A stretch of DNA of 64,000 nt from Eledone cirrhosa (Eukaryota): the NCBI GenBank assembly GCA_964016885.1, contig OZ024750.1:16926001-16990000 (forward strand), read 5' to 3'. A program made the translations under genes and the position numbers. The notes beneath the pieces are model-generated. The model saw only the letters and a program-made list of their open reading frames with translations. It did no database searches and was not told the origin of the DNA. Of this stretch, positions 44,474-56,400 are shown one piece after another. Each line of letters starts with the position of its first letter. The stretch's first letter is position 1.

Positions 44474-44700
44474 TATCATCATCATCATCATCATCATCAT
44501 CATTTTACGTCCGCTTTTCCCTGCTTGCAAGGGTGGGACGGGTCTTATTCAGCACAGCATCTCTCCACTCGTCACGGTCCCTCGTCATCTCCACCGTGAG
44601 CTTCAATGATCTGAGGTCTGTTCTCACCACCTCCGCCCATGTTTTTCGTGGTCTACCTCTACCACGTCTTCCTTCAACTGGCATTTCCTGGCACTTCTTC
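44474..44700 (-). mobile_element. RTE-clade LINE 3' end
   Basis: The minus strand reads KKCQEMPVEGRRGRGRPRKTWAEVVRTDL..TRDRDEWR, the typical RTE C-terminus, followed by a (TGA)n tail. Confidence 0.8.
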
Positions 44701-45091
44701 CATATTCACCCTCAGTACCAGATTTCCCGGCGCCGAAGATGATTCGTCCTCGAGGACGCACCCTAATTTCGACAACCAAAAATTTGAACAAAAATAATAG
44801 ACAACGTTCTACCTGGAACAGGTAACCCCTGGATGTATTTATGGAAATATATCTATATCTATCTATCTCTCTCTGGGATGGACACACGCGTATAACTTGC
44901 TGAGTAAGTTCTGTTTAAATTTCTATAGAAATTCTTGTCTGATAACTTTAATTTTTGTACCATTTTGTAGAGGGACTGCCAGGTCAAACTTTGATCTGGT
45001 CAGTCTCTCAAAATATTCTACGCCTTTAGGCGAAATAGTTAAAAAAAAAAGTTTTTTTTTCTTGTTGAAAAGTCAATATTTTTTTTTTTAA

Positions 45092-46879
45092 ATGGCCGAA
45101 GCTTCTTCACCAAAATTCGAAGGAGGAAAGGGGAAGATGAACTTACAGCTTCCCCCTGCCACTGTCACAGTAGCAGAGGTCAAGAAGATAGGTCAGCCAG
45201 AGGAAGAATTCTCTCCACCTGTTAACCGACAACTTGACGTTGCCATGGCAACTACCCAAAGAACCAGCAGCAACAGCAACAACAACAACAATGCGACGGA
45301 CGAAAGCAACACCAATAACAATAACAATAACAACAACAAGACCAATAACGGTGACAACAACAACAATGATAACAACAACACCACCAACGACAACAACAAC
45401 ACAAACAAACAAAATTTCTCCTTCGCCGAGACGACAAGGAAAACCCTCGACTATCTGCCAGTAGATATAACAAAAGCGAAGGAGCTACTGGCGGATGCGA
45501 AAAAATATATAGTGTACGGGGAAAATGGTTCATTCACAATCCATTCCCCCCCGGAACTAAAAAGCCAGAGACTCCTAAACACGGTCATGTTTAGGACAAT
45601 TTCGAACAAAAGTAAAAAACCAGCTCAACCATCACAGAGCGAGATAGAGCTGGTTTTAAAAGACGTCATGAAGGACATCACCTTCATTCAGAAGGATAGA
45701 CTCTACGGGAGTCTATCCATTCTCATGAAGGACAGGGACACAGCAGTGAAACTGTCCATCAAACCAATCACATCCACCGCATACACCTTCTACCCTACGT
45801 ACATGGGTAGAAGAACACAAAAAATAAAAATCCACACCATCCTGCCGATTATGGACATATGGTGGGTTTTGACAGGTTTTCTGGACCTGGAGGATGACAT
45901 GCTGGTGTCCATGGGAAAGGCATCGGGTGACGCGTTCAGTGGAACGAGCCTCGAACTTGTAGTTCAAATGAGGCCCGAAAGGATCGCCCAGATCCCTGAA
46001 CGCGTCATACTGGATGATCTAACCTTCATCAACATTACCGTTGAGGGTAGACGGCCCTCGTGTTACCTCTGCGGAACCAGAGGTCACCTGAGGGCTGTCT
46101 GTCCCCAACTTAATAAGAAAACCCCAATCCTGCCTACACCACCAACAACTGCACAACCAACACAATCACCACAACTACCACTACAAAAACAACCACCACA
46201 GCTCAAACCAAAACAAAACAATGTCCAACCCATCCCCTCCACCCAAAAAACAAAAACAATTTCCAAAACACCCGTACCGCAAACACAACCCGAAAATATA
46301 CCCCTCCCCTCCAACGCGGAAGATGACCCTAGTTCGTCGTCAGACGAGGAGGAGCACTTCCACACAATCAAAAGAAAAAAAAGAAAACACACCTCAGACA
46401 CACAAATGAAAACAACCCCTCCCCAAAACATAACACTGACACCAACACAAAAGAGCTCACAACAGCAAACAAAAAACACCACACAAAAACAAAAACATGC
46501 ATACACATACATAAATACAAGAAACAAAAAACTGTTAAACATTGTGTACAACAACAATCTAATAAAAACACAAGGGCCTAACTTCACCCAGGCAGGGGAT
46601 TTCCCCCACCTCAAAATGATTAAGGCCCCACAGGACACCTATAAAACTTTAAAAAACAATTTTAAAGAGGACGTGGGTCCCCCCTGCGTCGGGCCCATTA
46701 ACCGCGTCCTCCTAAAAAACTATCCCACCCCCTCCCCAAACACCCTCACAACTCCAAGCTCCCCAACCACACAACACACTGATGCCCCCACACTTCCACA
46801 AACCACCACCCCACCCAACAACCCATCCCCCACCCTAATGGAAATTGTGCAGCCCGATACCCGGGACGCAGAGAGGTAA
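45092..46879 (+). CDS. ORF1 (gag-like nucleic-acid-binding protein) of an L1/Tx1-clade non-LTR retrotransposon
   Basis: 595-aa open frame from ATG. It has a CCHC zinc knuckle (RRPSCYLCGTRGHLRAVCP), an Asn-rich N-terminus and a Pro/Thr/Lys-rich C-terminal half, and lies directly upstream of an APE-RT ORF. Confidence 0.9.
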   Translation: MAEASSPKFEGGKGKMNLQLPPATVTVAEVKKIGQPEEEFSPPVNRQLDVAMATTQRTSSNSNNNNNATDESNTNNNNNNNNKTNNGDNNNNDNNNTTNDNNNTNKQNFSFAETTRKTLDYLPVDITKAKELLADAKKYIVYGENGSFTIHSPPELKSQRLLNTVMFRTISNKSKKPAQPSQSEIELVLKDVMKDITFIQKDRLYGSLSILMKDRDTAVKLSIKPITSTAYTFYPTYMGRRTQKIKIHTILPIMDIWWVLTGFLDLEDDMLVSMGKASGDAFSGTSLELVVQMRPERIAQIPERVILDDLTFINITVEGRRPSCYLCGTRGHLRAVCPQLNKKTPILPTPPTTAQPTQSPQLPLQKQPPQLKPKQNNVQPIPSTQKTKTISKTPVPQTQPENIPLPSNAEDDPSSSSDEEEHFHTIKRKKRKHTSDTQMKTTPPQNITLTPTQKSSQQQTKNTTQKQKHAYTYINTRNKKLLNIVYNNNLIKTQGPNFTQAGDFPHLKMIKAPQDTYKTLKNNFKEDVGPPCVGPINRVLLKNYPTPSPNTLTTPSSPTTQHTDAPTLPQTTTPPNNPSPTLMEIVQPDTRDAER

Positions 46880-46903
46880 GTGCCTTTTCTCTTCACCACC
46901 AAC

Positions 46904-49900
46904 ATGGCTATGCTAAGAGTAGGCTGTTTAAATGCGCGTGGCCTGGGCTCAACTTGGAAGCAAGCAATGCTTCTAAATGACCTCAGGTCACAACGTATAG
47001 ATGTGATGGTTATTTGCGAGGCCCGGATCAGCAACGTGCGACAGCTGGCCCCCACCTTTGATGACTTTGAGATGCACGCATCTCTCTGTCAGCCCGGAGG
47101 TGGGGGTGGAGTTGTCGTTCTGCTGCAAAAACATCTGGGTCTCGCAACACAGATGGTACATTTGGACCCGGAGGGTCGACTAGTGGTTCTGGACCTTGGC
47201 AGTGGTAAAGGCGGAGCGTTTAGGTTGGTAGCCGCCTACGGCCCTTTCGGGTCAATGCGGCCGGACTTCTTCCATCGTCTGGAGACTTTTCTAGGGACGT
47301 CCCGCTCCTTGCTATTAGTGGGGGACTGGAATGGTATCCTAGATGCACGCTGGGACTACGTAGGGGCCTGCCCCGATAGAGAGGGGTGTAATAGCCTCAA
47401 AGGGTTAATCGGTCGATTTGACCTGGCCGATAGATATCGACTAGATTTTCCGACTGCGCCAACCTGGACTTGGGCAAATCGTAGCGGATCATCTAGGTCG
47501 TACCTAGATAGGTTCTTAGTTAGAATTAAGGATAAGGACTTTTTAAGTTGTCCAAAAATGCGCATTGTTGGCTATTCAGACCACAAATTAGTGACCTGCA
47601 TGGTCAACCTTGACAGAACTCATAGACAGGGCCCCGGTTACTGGAAGCTCAACTTGTCCTTGCCGGCAAGTAGAGCCTACAGGAATCGGATTAGTACGTT
47701 AGTTAAGGAACGGTTGACTGGAGCGATCGTCAACAGCAGGTGGTGGGTATCTCTAAAGAGAGAGATTAGAGTAGTCTCGATAGAATTTAGTAAGGTTCTA
47801 GCTGCGGATAGGAATAGGAAGGAAAGGGAGCTAATAGATAGAGTAGAAGAGGCAATTAGAAGCGGCGACGTGGCCAGAGTGCTAGCGTCGAGAACGGCGT
47901 TGAGCCAGTTTTTCGACGCGAAACACGAAGGCTGCGTTGTCCGAAGTAAAATACGTGCTCTAGGGAACGAGGGGACCAAAGCTGTTAGCTGGGCCCGCGT
48001 GACAGAGGCCAACAGTGGAACTAAATCCACCATCCGGTCTTTGCAAGACCTGGATGGACGGGCGATTCTTGAGCCTAAGCAGATGTGTGAGGCCTTTCAA
48101 AGGCACTTTGCCCGACTGTTCGGGAGGGGCGGGGAGCCGGTTGGGAACGTGGACTTCGGTCCATACCTCGACGGCCTGCCGCGCCTCTCGGACAGGGAGG
48201 CGAAGTCCTGCGAGGAGCCGATTTCGGCCGCTGAGATAGAGGACGTGCTGAGCCAATGCGGCAAACGCAAATCCCCGGGTCTCGATGGTCTTCCTTACGA
48301 ATTATATCTAGCTATGCCGGACTTGTTCCCCGATCTCCTCGAGGCGGTCTACTGCAACTGGCAACAGAACGGGAGAATTCCCTGTACTGTGACCAAGGGC
48401 GTAGTCACGCTAGTGAGGAAGGACGAGAACAAGGGGGACGAAATAAGTAACTTCAGGCCCATAACACTGCTAAATACAGAGTTACAGATTTTGGCCAAGG
48501 TGCTAGCAAAGAGGTTGGCGCTTGTCGTGGGCAACCTGGTGGGAGATGCGCAGACATGCGCTATCCCGTCCAGGTCCATCCATGACAACCTCCACCTCAT
48601 GCGATACATCATAGAGAGGGTTGGGAACGAACCCGGCTTTGGTGGGGCTCTGATCAACTTGGATCAATCTAAGGCGTTCGATAGGGTCGACCATGGTTAC
48701 CTGGATGCGGTGCTAGCGGCGGCAGGCTTCGGACCCGTTTTCAGGGGCTGGATCACTGCTATGCACAGCAGCCGCATCTGCTCTAGGGTCAAGGTGAACG
48801 GCTACCTCTCGGAGCCGTTCAAAATCGCGCGGTCCATCCGACAAGGGTGCCCTCTCTCCTCCCTTCTGTATGTGTTGACTCTCGAGCCACTACTGCGGAA
48901 GTTGGAGTTGTTGCAGGGCATCCCTTTGGAACCGGGATTGCGGAAAGCGGTGTCGGCCTACGCCGATGACGTGACAGTAATGGTGTCGACGGCCTCCGAA
49001 ATCGAGGCGGTCGGCACCTTACTGGAGGAGTACGAAAAGTTCACAGGGGCTAAGCTGAACCGGGACAAGTCGATCGGTTTGCAACTCGGCACGTGGAGGG
49101 GCAGACCGATGCCCTCCGATAGCGTCGTCGGACGCTGGACGGAGGGCCCGGTGAAGTTGCTCGGGGTCTGGTTCGGACCGGACCTCCAGGTGGAGAAAAA
49201 CTGGGCGGAGGTTACGAACAGGGTGTTTGCACTGACCCAGAAGTGGGCCAGTTGCAAACTATCCCTGAAAGGTCGGGCGGAGGTGGCGAACACCTACATA
49301 GCGTCCGTCATCTACTACCGCCTGACCGTAGTGCCCTGCCCAAGGGAAACCCTCACCAAGATGGAGCGCGCGCTCTTCCAATTCCTTTGGAAGAGGCGGG
49401 CTCCTATGGTGAGGAGATCCATCTGCTGTCAACACCCTTCGAAAGGAGGGCTGGGGATGCCGTGGCTAATGATGCGTAAACACGCATTAAGGCTACGGCA
49501 CCTCTACGTATTCCTCACCGGACAACCGGTGTGGGCCTCGTTTGTGAGACGAACCTTTCCCAAACTCGTCTCACTCACCGAGCTGCAATCCTGGGTCAAG
49601 CAAAGACCGAGAAAACTGGGCGCCTGGCACACTGAGTGTGCCCAGGCGCTCACCGCCCTCTGGCAGGCGGATCCGGTTATCAGTGGAGACTCCACCGCAA
49701 CATTCTATAGAGGGCTGGTACGCAGCAGGTGCGACGACGCCCTCGGAGAAGCCCTAGACATGGAGGAGGACGAACTGGCCAGCCTGTTCGGTAGGACATT
49801 CAGCCCGGGACCTATGGACAACTTCCAGAAGTCCCTGGCCTGGCAGTGCTACCGAGGGGCTTTACCCGTTCGAGAAAGGCTCTACAGACACGGGCGCCCG

Positions 49901-50341
49901 GGTAGGGACCCCGCCAAAAAGATCTGTCCCAGATGCGTGTGCGACGAGGAAACCGTTGCACACGCATTAGTACACTGCTCGGGCGTAGCCGATCTGTGGG
50001 GCTATGTCGAACAACTGCTGTCAAGGGTGGGACCGATCCGGTTGACCACCGAGTCGATTGTAATGATCAAGCCGCCTCCCCCCTTCAAAGATGAAGCAGA
50101 GGCGGTGTTTCTGTGCGTAATAGCCATGGCGAAAGAGGTTGTATGGTGGACGCGTCTGAAAGGACTGAGGTCGGGCACCTTTCTCTCTGGCCAACAACTG
50201 GTCCGTTTCTTCCGATATCATTTCGGAAGAAGGATCAGGATGGAGAGAGAGGTGCTGCACCCCAGCCGTTTCTATGAAAGATGGGTGAAAGTGGCGAGAA
50301 TGGCCCGTGTGAATGGGCCTTCACTCTACATCAGACTATAG
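46904..50341 (+). CDS. ORF2: APE endonuclease, reverse transcriptase and C-terminal zinc finger of an L1/Tx1-clade LINE
   Basis: Uninterrupted frame. APE motifs: LNARGL, GDWN, SYLDRF, SDH. RT motifs: PGLDG, FRPITLLN, DQSKAFDRV, IRQGCPLS, YADD. GPGYWKLN linker and C-terminal CPRC..ETVAHALVHC. The first ATG is at 46904; the track starts at GTG 46880. Confidence 0.97.
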   Translation: MAMLRVGCLNARGLGSTWKQAMLLNDLRSQRIDVMVICEARISNVRQLAPTFDDFEMHASLCQPGGGGGVVVLLQKHLGLATQMVHLDPEGRLVVLDLGSGKGGAFRLVAAYGPFGSMRPDFFHRLETFLGTSRSLLLVGDWNGILDARWDYVGACPDREGCNSLKGLIGRFDLADRYRLDFPTAPTWTWANRSGSSRSYLDRFLVRIKDKDFLSCPKMRIVGYSDHKLVTCMVNLDRTHRQGPGYWKLNLSLPASRAYRNRISTLVKERLTGAIVNSRWWVSLKREIRVVSIEFSKVLAADRNRKERELIDRVEEAIRSGDVARVLASRTALSQFFDAKHEGCVVRSKIRALGNEGTKAVSWARVTEANSGTKSTIRSLQDLDGRAILEPKQMCEAFQRHFARLFGRGGEPVGNVDFGPYLDGLPRLSDREAKSCEEPISAAEIEDVLSQCGKRKSPGLDGLPYELYLAMPDLFPDLLEAVYCNWQQNGRIPCTVTKGVVTLVRKDENKGDEISNFRPITLLNTELQILAKVLAKRLALVVGNLVGDAQTCAIPSRSIHDNLHLMRYIIERVGNEPGFGGALINLDQSKAFDRVDHGYLDAVLAAAGFGPVFRGWITAMHSSRICSRVKVNGYLSEPFKIARSIRQGCPLSSLLYVLTLEPLLRKLELLQGIPLEPGLRKAVSAYADDVTVMVSTASEIEAVGTLLEEYEKFTGAKLNRDKSIGLQLGTWRGRPMPSDSVVGRWTEGPVKLLGVWFGPDLQVEKNWAEVTNRVFALTQKWASCKLSLKGRAEVANTYIASVIYYRLTVVPCPRETLTKMERALFQFLWKRRAPMVRRSICCQHPSKGGLGMPWLMMRKHALRLRHLYVFLTGQPVWASFVRRTFPKLVSLTELQSWVKQRPRKLGAWHTECAQALTALWQADPVISGDSTATFYRGLVRSRCDDALGEALDMEEDELASLFGRTFSPGPMDNFQKSLAWQCYRGALPVRERLYRHGRPGRDPAKKICPRCVCDEETVAHALVHCSGVADLWGYVEQLLSRVGPIRLTTESIVMIKPPPPFKDEAEAVFLCVIAMAKEVVWWTRLKGLRSGTFLSGQQLVRFFRYHFGRRIRMEREVLHPSRFYERWVKVARMARVNGPSLYIRL

Positions 50342-50605
50342 GTGAGGAAGATAAAAGACCAAGGGAGCACCCCTTCTCTGTGCTCCTGAGGAGAAGGGTT
50401 GCACACTTTTTTCGGGGGTGTGTGCGACCCCCCAAGGCGCCTCCTCTCTATTGAGGATTTTGTTAAAAATTTTATTTTTTGTTATATCTTATTTTATTTT
50501 TATATTTTGTTATTGCCTTCTCCTTATTGAGGACGCCTTTTTGTGTAAACTCCCCCCTTTGTACTTGTCCCACTTTTGATGCCCTAGTGGCAAATAAAAG
50601 AAATA

Positions 50606-50655
<50 letters not shown>

Positions 50656-50790
50656 CATTTCTTTATTTTCCACAAGGGCACACAAGAAAAGGGGAGAATA
50701 TATATATATATATACATATATATATAAATATATATATATGTGTGTGTGTGTGTGTATACGTATACATCCTGCTGGAAGAGATTAAAAGGT

Positions 50791-50909
50791 ATAATTGTTT
50801 CTACTATTGGCACAAGGCCAGAAATTACCCAGTACATTACTGGTACTTTATTTTATCGACCCCGTAAGGATGAAAGGCAAAGTCAACCTCGGCGGGATTT
50901 GAACTCAGA
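50791..50909 (-). mobile_element. 5'-truncated SINE A with a 15-bp TSD
   Basis: Flanked by AGATTAAAAGGTATA on both sides. Confidence 0.88.
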
Positions 50910-50919
50910 TTAAAAGGTA

Positions 50920-51214
50920 TACTAAGTGGAAGAAGTTTAAACTAAGAAAGGAAGTTAAGCCAGCATAGAGTTCTTTGTTGTTTTATGTTATATTTGTTTG
51001 TATATAATATTTAAAGGGGAGCAACTTCCCCTAACATTAACTGTGGCTCTTTTGGTAAGATTAAAAGGTATAATCTTACCAAAAGAGCCACAGTTAATGT
51101 TAGGGGAAGTTGCTCCCCTTTAAATATTATATACAAACAAATATAACATAAAACAACAAAGAACTCTATGCTGGCTTAACTTCCTTTCTTAGTTTAAACT
51201 TCTTCCACTTAGTA
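50920..51214. repeat. Perfect 144-bp inverted duplication
   Basis: 50920-51063 is the reverse complement of 51071-51214, with the 7-nt loop AAAGGTA. Confidence 0.9.
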
Positions 51215-52014
51215 CATCGTTCCTTTCTATCACGTCTTTTCTTCAATTCTTTCATTCACTCCTAGCTTTTCATTCCTTTTATTTACTCATTCTTTTTATC
51301 TGGTTGAAGTTGTAATTGTAGTTGTAATTGTTATTGTTGTTATTGTTGTTGTTGTTGTTGTTGTAGTTGTTGTAGTTGTTGTTGTTGTTGTATGATTTTA
51401 ACTGGTTTTTCTTCTTTACGAAGCTTTTCCTTTTCGCAGGAAGTTAAAGTACCCGGAATTGAGGGTGATGGTTGTGTAATGGGGTTGGGGTATAAGATGA
51501 AAAACTAATGCACCCAGAAATGGGGATGATGGCCTTATGGTGGGGTGGGCAGGTGGGACCAGGCTAAAGACTTAAAGTACCCGAAATTTTTGGGGAAATG
51601 GAGTGAAGGAAAAGAGGTGGATAAAAGATAAGTTAAAATCAATGTATCTTTTAAATGGATTGTTGTTGTTGTTGTAGTTGTGATGGTGGCTGTGGCGGAT
51701 GTGGTGGTGGCTGTGGTGGTGGCTGTGGTGGTAGTTGTGATGGTGGTTATGAGGGATGGTTTAGGTTGTAGTTGTGATGGTGGTTATGATGGTTATGGTT
51801 GTAGTTGTGATGGTTATGGTGGTAGTTGTAATGGTGGTTGTGGTGGTCATGTTTGTGGTAGGGTGTAATTTGAGGTGAAGGTGGTGATTGTGGTAATGGT
51901 GTCTTTTGAAATGAGACCCATGAGAGAAAGTGTTTAACGTATTTTAGTGTTCCGATGAGAAGCGTGACATAGGGCGAGAGAGAGAGAGAGAGAGAGAGAG
52001 AGTGTGTGTGTGTG

Positions 52015-52092
<78 letters not shown>

Positions 52093-52130
52093 TGAGTATG
52101 TGTGAGAGATAGAGAGTCAGAGAGGTAGAA

Positions 52131-52173
<43 letters not shown>

Positions 52174-52293
52174 GAAAGAAAGTGTGTGTAAATGTGAGTG
52201 TATGTGTAAGAGATAGAGAGAGACAGAGAGGAACAGTGGGGTGGAGAGAGAGAGAGAGAGGAGGAGGAGTGGGGTGGAGAGAGAGAGAGAGAG

Positions 52294-52327
<34 letters not shown>

Positions 52328-52708
52328 GAATAGAGAGAACACATTGAGGCAGTTCGGTACAAATAGATGAATGAATAAATAAATAAATAAATAGGGGACT
52401 AATAGGGTTCTAGTCGCTATTGTGATTAGAACAAACGGAAAGGGCTGGGGTCGTGTGAGGATAAACAACGGCAATTTGTTCCAGAGGGAAGGGAGCGCCG
52501 GCTGAAATCCTTTAAATCTTGATAAGGTAACGAGGTAACATTTTCAAGGTAACATCTGTGAGAGTGCTTCGGTGCGTGCGTATGTATGTATGTATGTATG
52601 TATGTATGTATGTATGTATGTATGTATGTATGTATGTATGTATGTATGTATGTATGTATGTATGTATGTATGTATGTATGTATGTATGTATGTATGTGTG
52701 TATGTACG

Positions 52709-52739
<31 letters not shown>

Positions 52740-52873
52740 CTATGTATTATGTGTTTATGTATGTATGTACGTATGTGTGTATATAAGTATGTATAAGTAT
52801 GTATGTATAAGTGTGTATATATATATATAAGTATCTATGTATAAGTGCATATCTGTATCTATTTATCTATATC

Positions 52874-52946
<73 letters not shown>

Positions 52947-53007
52947 GGGGGGGGGGATATGGCTTAGTGATTAGAGAGTTGGCTTCATAATCATGAATTC
53001 GATTCCA

Positions 53008-53060
<53 letters not shown>

Positions 53061-53075
53061 AAGATAGATAGATAA

Positions 53076-53151
<76 letters not shown>

Positions 53152-53654
53152 ATAGATAGATAGATGCACCTTATCTTACAAACCTGTTACATTCTGTAGA
53201 ATATCTAAGAAGAAATAATATTATGCTAAGCGTTTGGATAAAATATTTGATTTGATATGTTTTATAAAACCGTAAGTCTGATAAATGAGCCTGTTGATAA
53301 ATTGGTCTTTTGTTTGTATCTCTTTGATAAGTGAATCAATTTGATAAATTAGAATGTCTTCTTAAATTACTGAGTATTTGGTTTTGTATGTTTATATCGG
53401 TTTTGTGAATTAGCTAACGAAATCACAGGTTTTAAACCAAGAACACAATCGATTTTGTAAGTACGGCGTTGAAAAGTTTATACTTTCACAATTGTATCTA
53501 TATACTCTTCCTTCTCCTCCTCACCCTTCTCAACATCATCATCATAATTTAACTGCTATCACGGGCTGGACAGATCGTTACAGACAAGACAAAGTCAGTA
53601 CCTAGCCCGAGTCATTGAGATGTCAAGCCGGGGCATCTCGTTTATATATATTTC

Positions 53655-54185
53655 CTTTCGGCTATCAGCTGAGTCCATCGTGAAGATTGCCCCGCCGCCT
53701 TTCTTTAACCGAGAAGGGCAGGGAGTTTTTCTCTGCCTGGTGGCCATGACGAAAGAGGTCGTATGGTGGACACGTTTGAAAGGGCTGAAGACGAGCACTT
53801 ACCTCTTCGGCAAAGCCCTGATTAACTTTTTCAAATTTCATTTGAAAAGGAAAATTATGGTGGAGTGGGAAGTGCTATTTATTGAAAGATGGGTGAGAGA
53901 GGCGAGCATGGCCCGAGTGAATGGTCCTGCCTTGAGTATGCGCCTGTAGATTGAAGGTGGAAAAGTAGGAGAAGGCACTTGCCCCGGTTGTCAGGGTCAC
54001 CATGGCATTTTGTGAGCTTTCTCCACGAGTGACCCTCGGAAGTCTCCCTCCTCCCTATTGGGGAATTTTCCGTTGTTTCGAATTTTTTGTTACATCCTTT
54101 GTTTTATTTTGTTTATTTTATACACGCAGAAACCCATATTTATACCGTCCTGTACCGTCCTTAATGTAGCTTTTTGCAAACCCTT
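53655..54185 (+). mobile_element. 5'-truncated, diverged Tx1-family copy (ORF2 C-terminus plus 3' UTR)
   Basis: LSAESIVKIAPPP..VFLCLVAMTKEVVWWTRLKGL..ERWV..MARVNGP aligns by eye with the end of the intact ORF2. It is followed by a 3' UTR seen elsewhere in the window. Confidence 0.92.
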
Positions 54186-54599
54186 TTATTATTATTATTT
54201 ATCGATTAATTGATTGATTGATTTCCATGTTTAAAAAAAAGATTTGATAGTTTAGTAAAATAATTCATTTATTATTTAAAACAGCAACAGACTTGAAGTT
54301 AGATAAACATTATTGAACATGTTAAGTTAATCCTATTTGATTGATCTGTAATCGAAGTATTTTACAGATTGGTGAATCTTATTAAGGTGATGGAAACTGG
54401 TTATGGTGTTGGTAGAGTTGGAGGTGTTGGAATTAATTAAACTGAAAAGATCGTTCAAGTAAAAATTTCGATAATGCTCTAAACGTGTTTGCTATTAAAT
54501 TATTTGATAAAGTGAAAAAAAAAAATTAATTAATAAATTTTCGTCTTTGACTAAACTATTTGAGATACACTATATAGCCAGAGTGATGGATATCCGTCA

Positions 54600-54915
54600 C
54601 TTTCGACGATAAGCATTCCAGTTGTTCGAGCAATTGAATAGCTTACTTATGAAATTAACAAGTCAGTGGCTGAGTATTCCAGAGATACGTGTATCTTATC
54701 ATAATTCTCAGGAAAGTTCAGTGTAGAGACAAGGCTGATCCTTTGAATCACTGTTACTGTCTATCAGAAAGGCATCCAAACAGTCTCAGTCTGTCTAATT
54801 TTACTCACAAGGCTTTAGTCAACACGAGGCTGTGGTAAATGACACTTGCCCAACATGCAATGCAGTGGGATCGAACCCGGGACCTCATGATTACGAAGCG
54901 AATTTCTTAACCATT
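54600..54915. mobile_element. Old SINE-like fragments
   Basis: 54600-54720 is homologous to 31525-31640. 54800-54915 (-) has a tRNA-like head (GGGATCGAACCC..TTAACCA on the plus strand) and GACACTTGCCC. Confidence 0.55.
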
Positions 54916-55626
54916 CGTAGCTGCCTCATACTGGATGTTCCTCTGGATCAATTTAGAAAGGGTTCAATGGGTATCTGTGATTGACCGCCATTTCTTTCTC
55001 ACATAAAACCTTTAGTGAAAGCATGATACATACTACCAAGTCATACTCGATGGTGAGTGGTGGCCTTAGTTTTATTTTTGTAATTGAGATTATTCTTTAA
55101 AAGAGAGGCACACGGTCGTTACACCCATCAGGGGTCTAGGTATTCTGAAAATATTGTTTAGTCCCAGGACAAGACTGGTCAATGAGAACTTTGATCATAT
55201 GTGATCTTGTGACCATAAATTCCTGTTTTTTTTTCTTTTTCAAACTTAGTATATCTACGTGTACATTACCCAACGTGTTTGAATATTTTATGGACGGTAG
55301 TATGTGCGTTTGGGGGGGTGGGGGGAACCTGACTACTGACTACCATTTTTAACTGAATGAGTGACGGCCGCGCTAAAAGTTCCGATATAATCGACTAAAC
55401 GCATCAAAGGGGTATCCCAGCGTGGACCTGCGCGTTCCCAGCATACTCCCAGTATGAACTCAGCATCAACCCAGCGTGCACCCAGCATGAACTCAGCATC
55501 GACCCAGCGTGCTCCCAGCATCACCTAGCGTGCACCCAGCGTCGACCCAGCATCGACCCAGCGTCGATTCGGCATAGCCGCAGTCCATTAATTGAAACCA
55601 GTTAAAAACATACATATGTGTGTACG

Positions 55627-55691
<65 letters not shown>

Positions 55692-55841
55692 GTGTGGGTG
55701 TGTGGGTATGTGTGTGCGCGTGTGTATATATATATATATGTATGTGTGTGTATATATGTGTGTGGGTGTGTGGGTGTGTGTGTGTGTGTGCGTGTGTGTG
55801 TATATATATGTGTGTGTGTGTGTGTGTGTGCGTGTGTATGC

Positions 55842-55872
<31 letters not shown>

Positions 55873-55899
55873 CGTGTATGTGTGTGTGCGTGTTTATGC

Positions 55900-55936
<37 letters not shown>

Positions 55937-56353
55937 CGTGTGTGTGTATGTATACATATATCTATGTACTCACAGGCACACACACACATTCATACACTAC
56001 TCTCTCTGACACTTGCTGTTATTATTATTGTTGCTATTGTTATTGTAGTAGTTGCTGCTGCTGCTGTTGTTGTTTTTTTTAGTATTTACAGTTTTTTTTT
56101 TCTTAATAAAACACAACCTTAAAAAATACATTAAACAAATTCTAAAACAAATAATAAATGGCGACATTTTGACTCCCTTTTATTTGTTTATTGTTTTTAG
56201 TTTGATTTGTTTTGTTTTATTTTGGTTGATGTGTTTCCAAGAAAAAAAGTAGGGGGGGGGGTGAAAGAAAGAATGAATGAATGAAACAAAGACAGAAAGA
56301 ATGAATGAATGAAACAAAGACAGAAAGACAGAAAGACAGAAAGACAGAAAGAC

Positions 56354-56400
<47 letters not shown>

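Larger units (their letters stand above)
44866..50604 (+). mobile_element. Apparently full-length, intact L1/Tx1-clade LINE
   Basis: About 230-bp 5' UTR, two intact ORFs and a 3' UTR ending CCCTAGTGGCAAATAAAAGAAATA, then (TATC)n. TATC/TC repeats also flank the 5' side. The exact 5' end is uncertain. Confidence 0.9.

Noticed and set aside
47356-50260. Antisense and alternate-frame ORFs within the LINE
   Set aside because: They are expected shadows of a GC-richer coding sequence.
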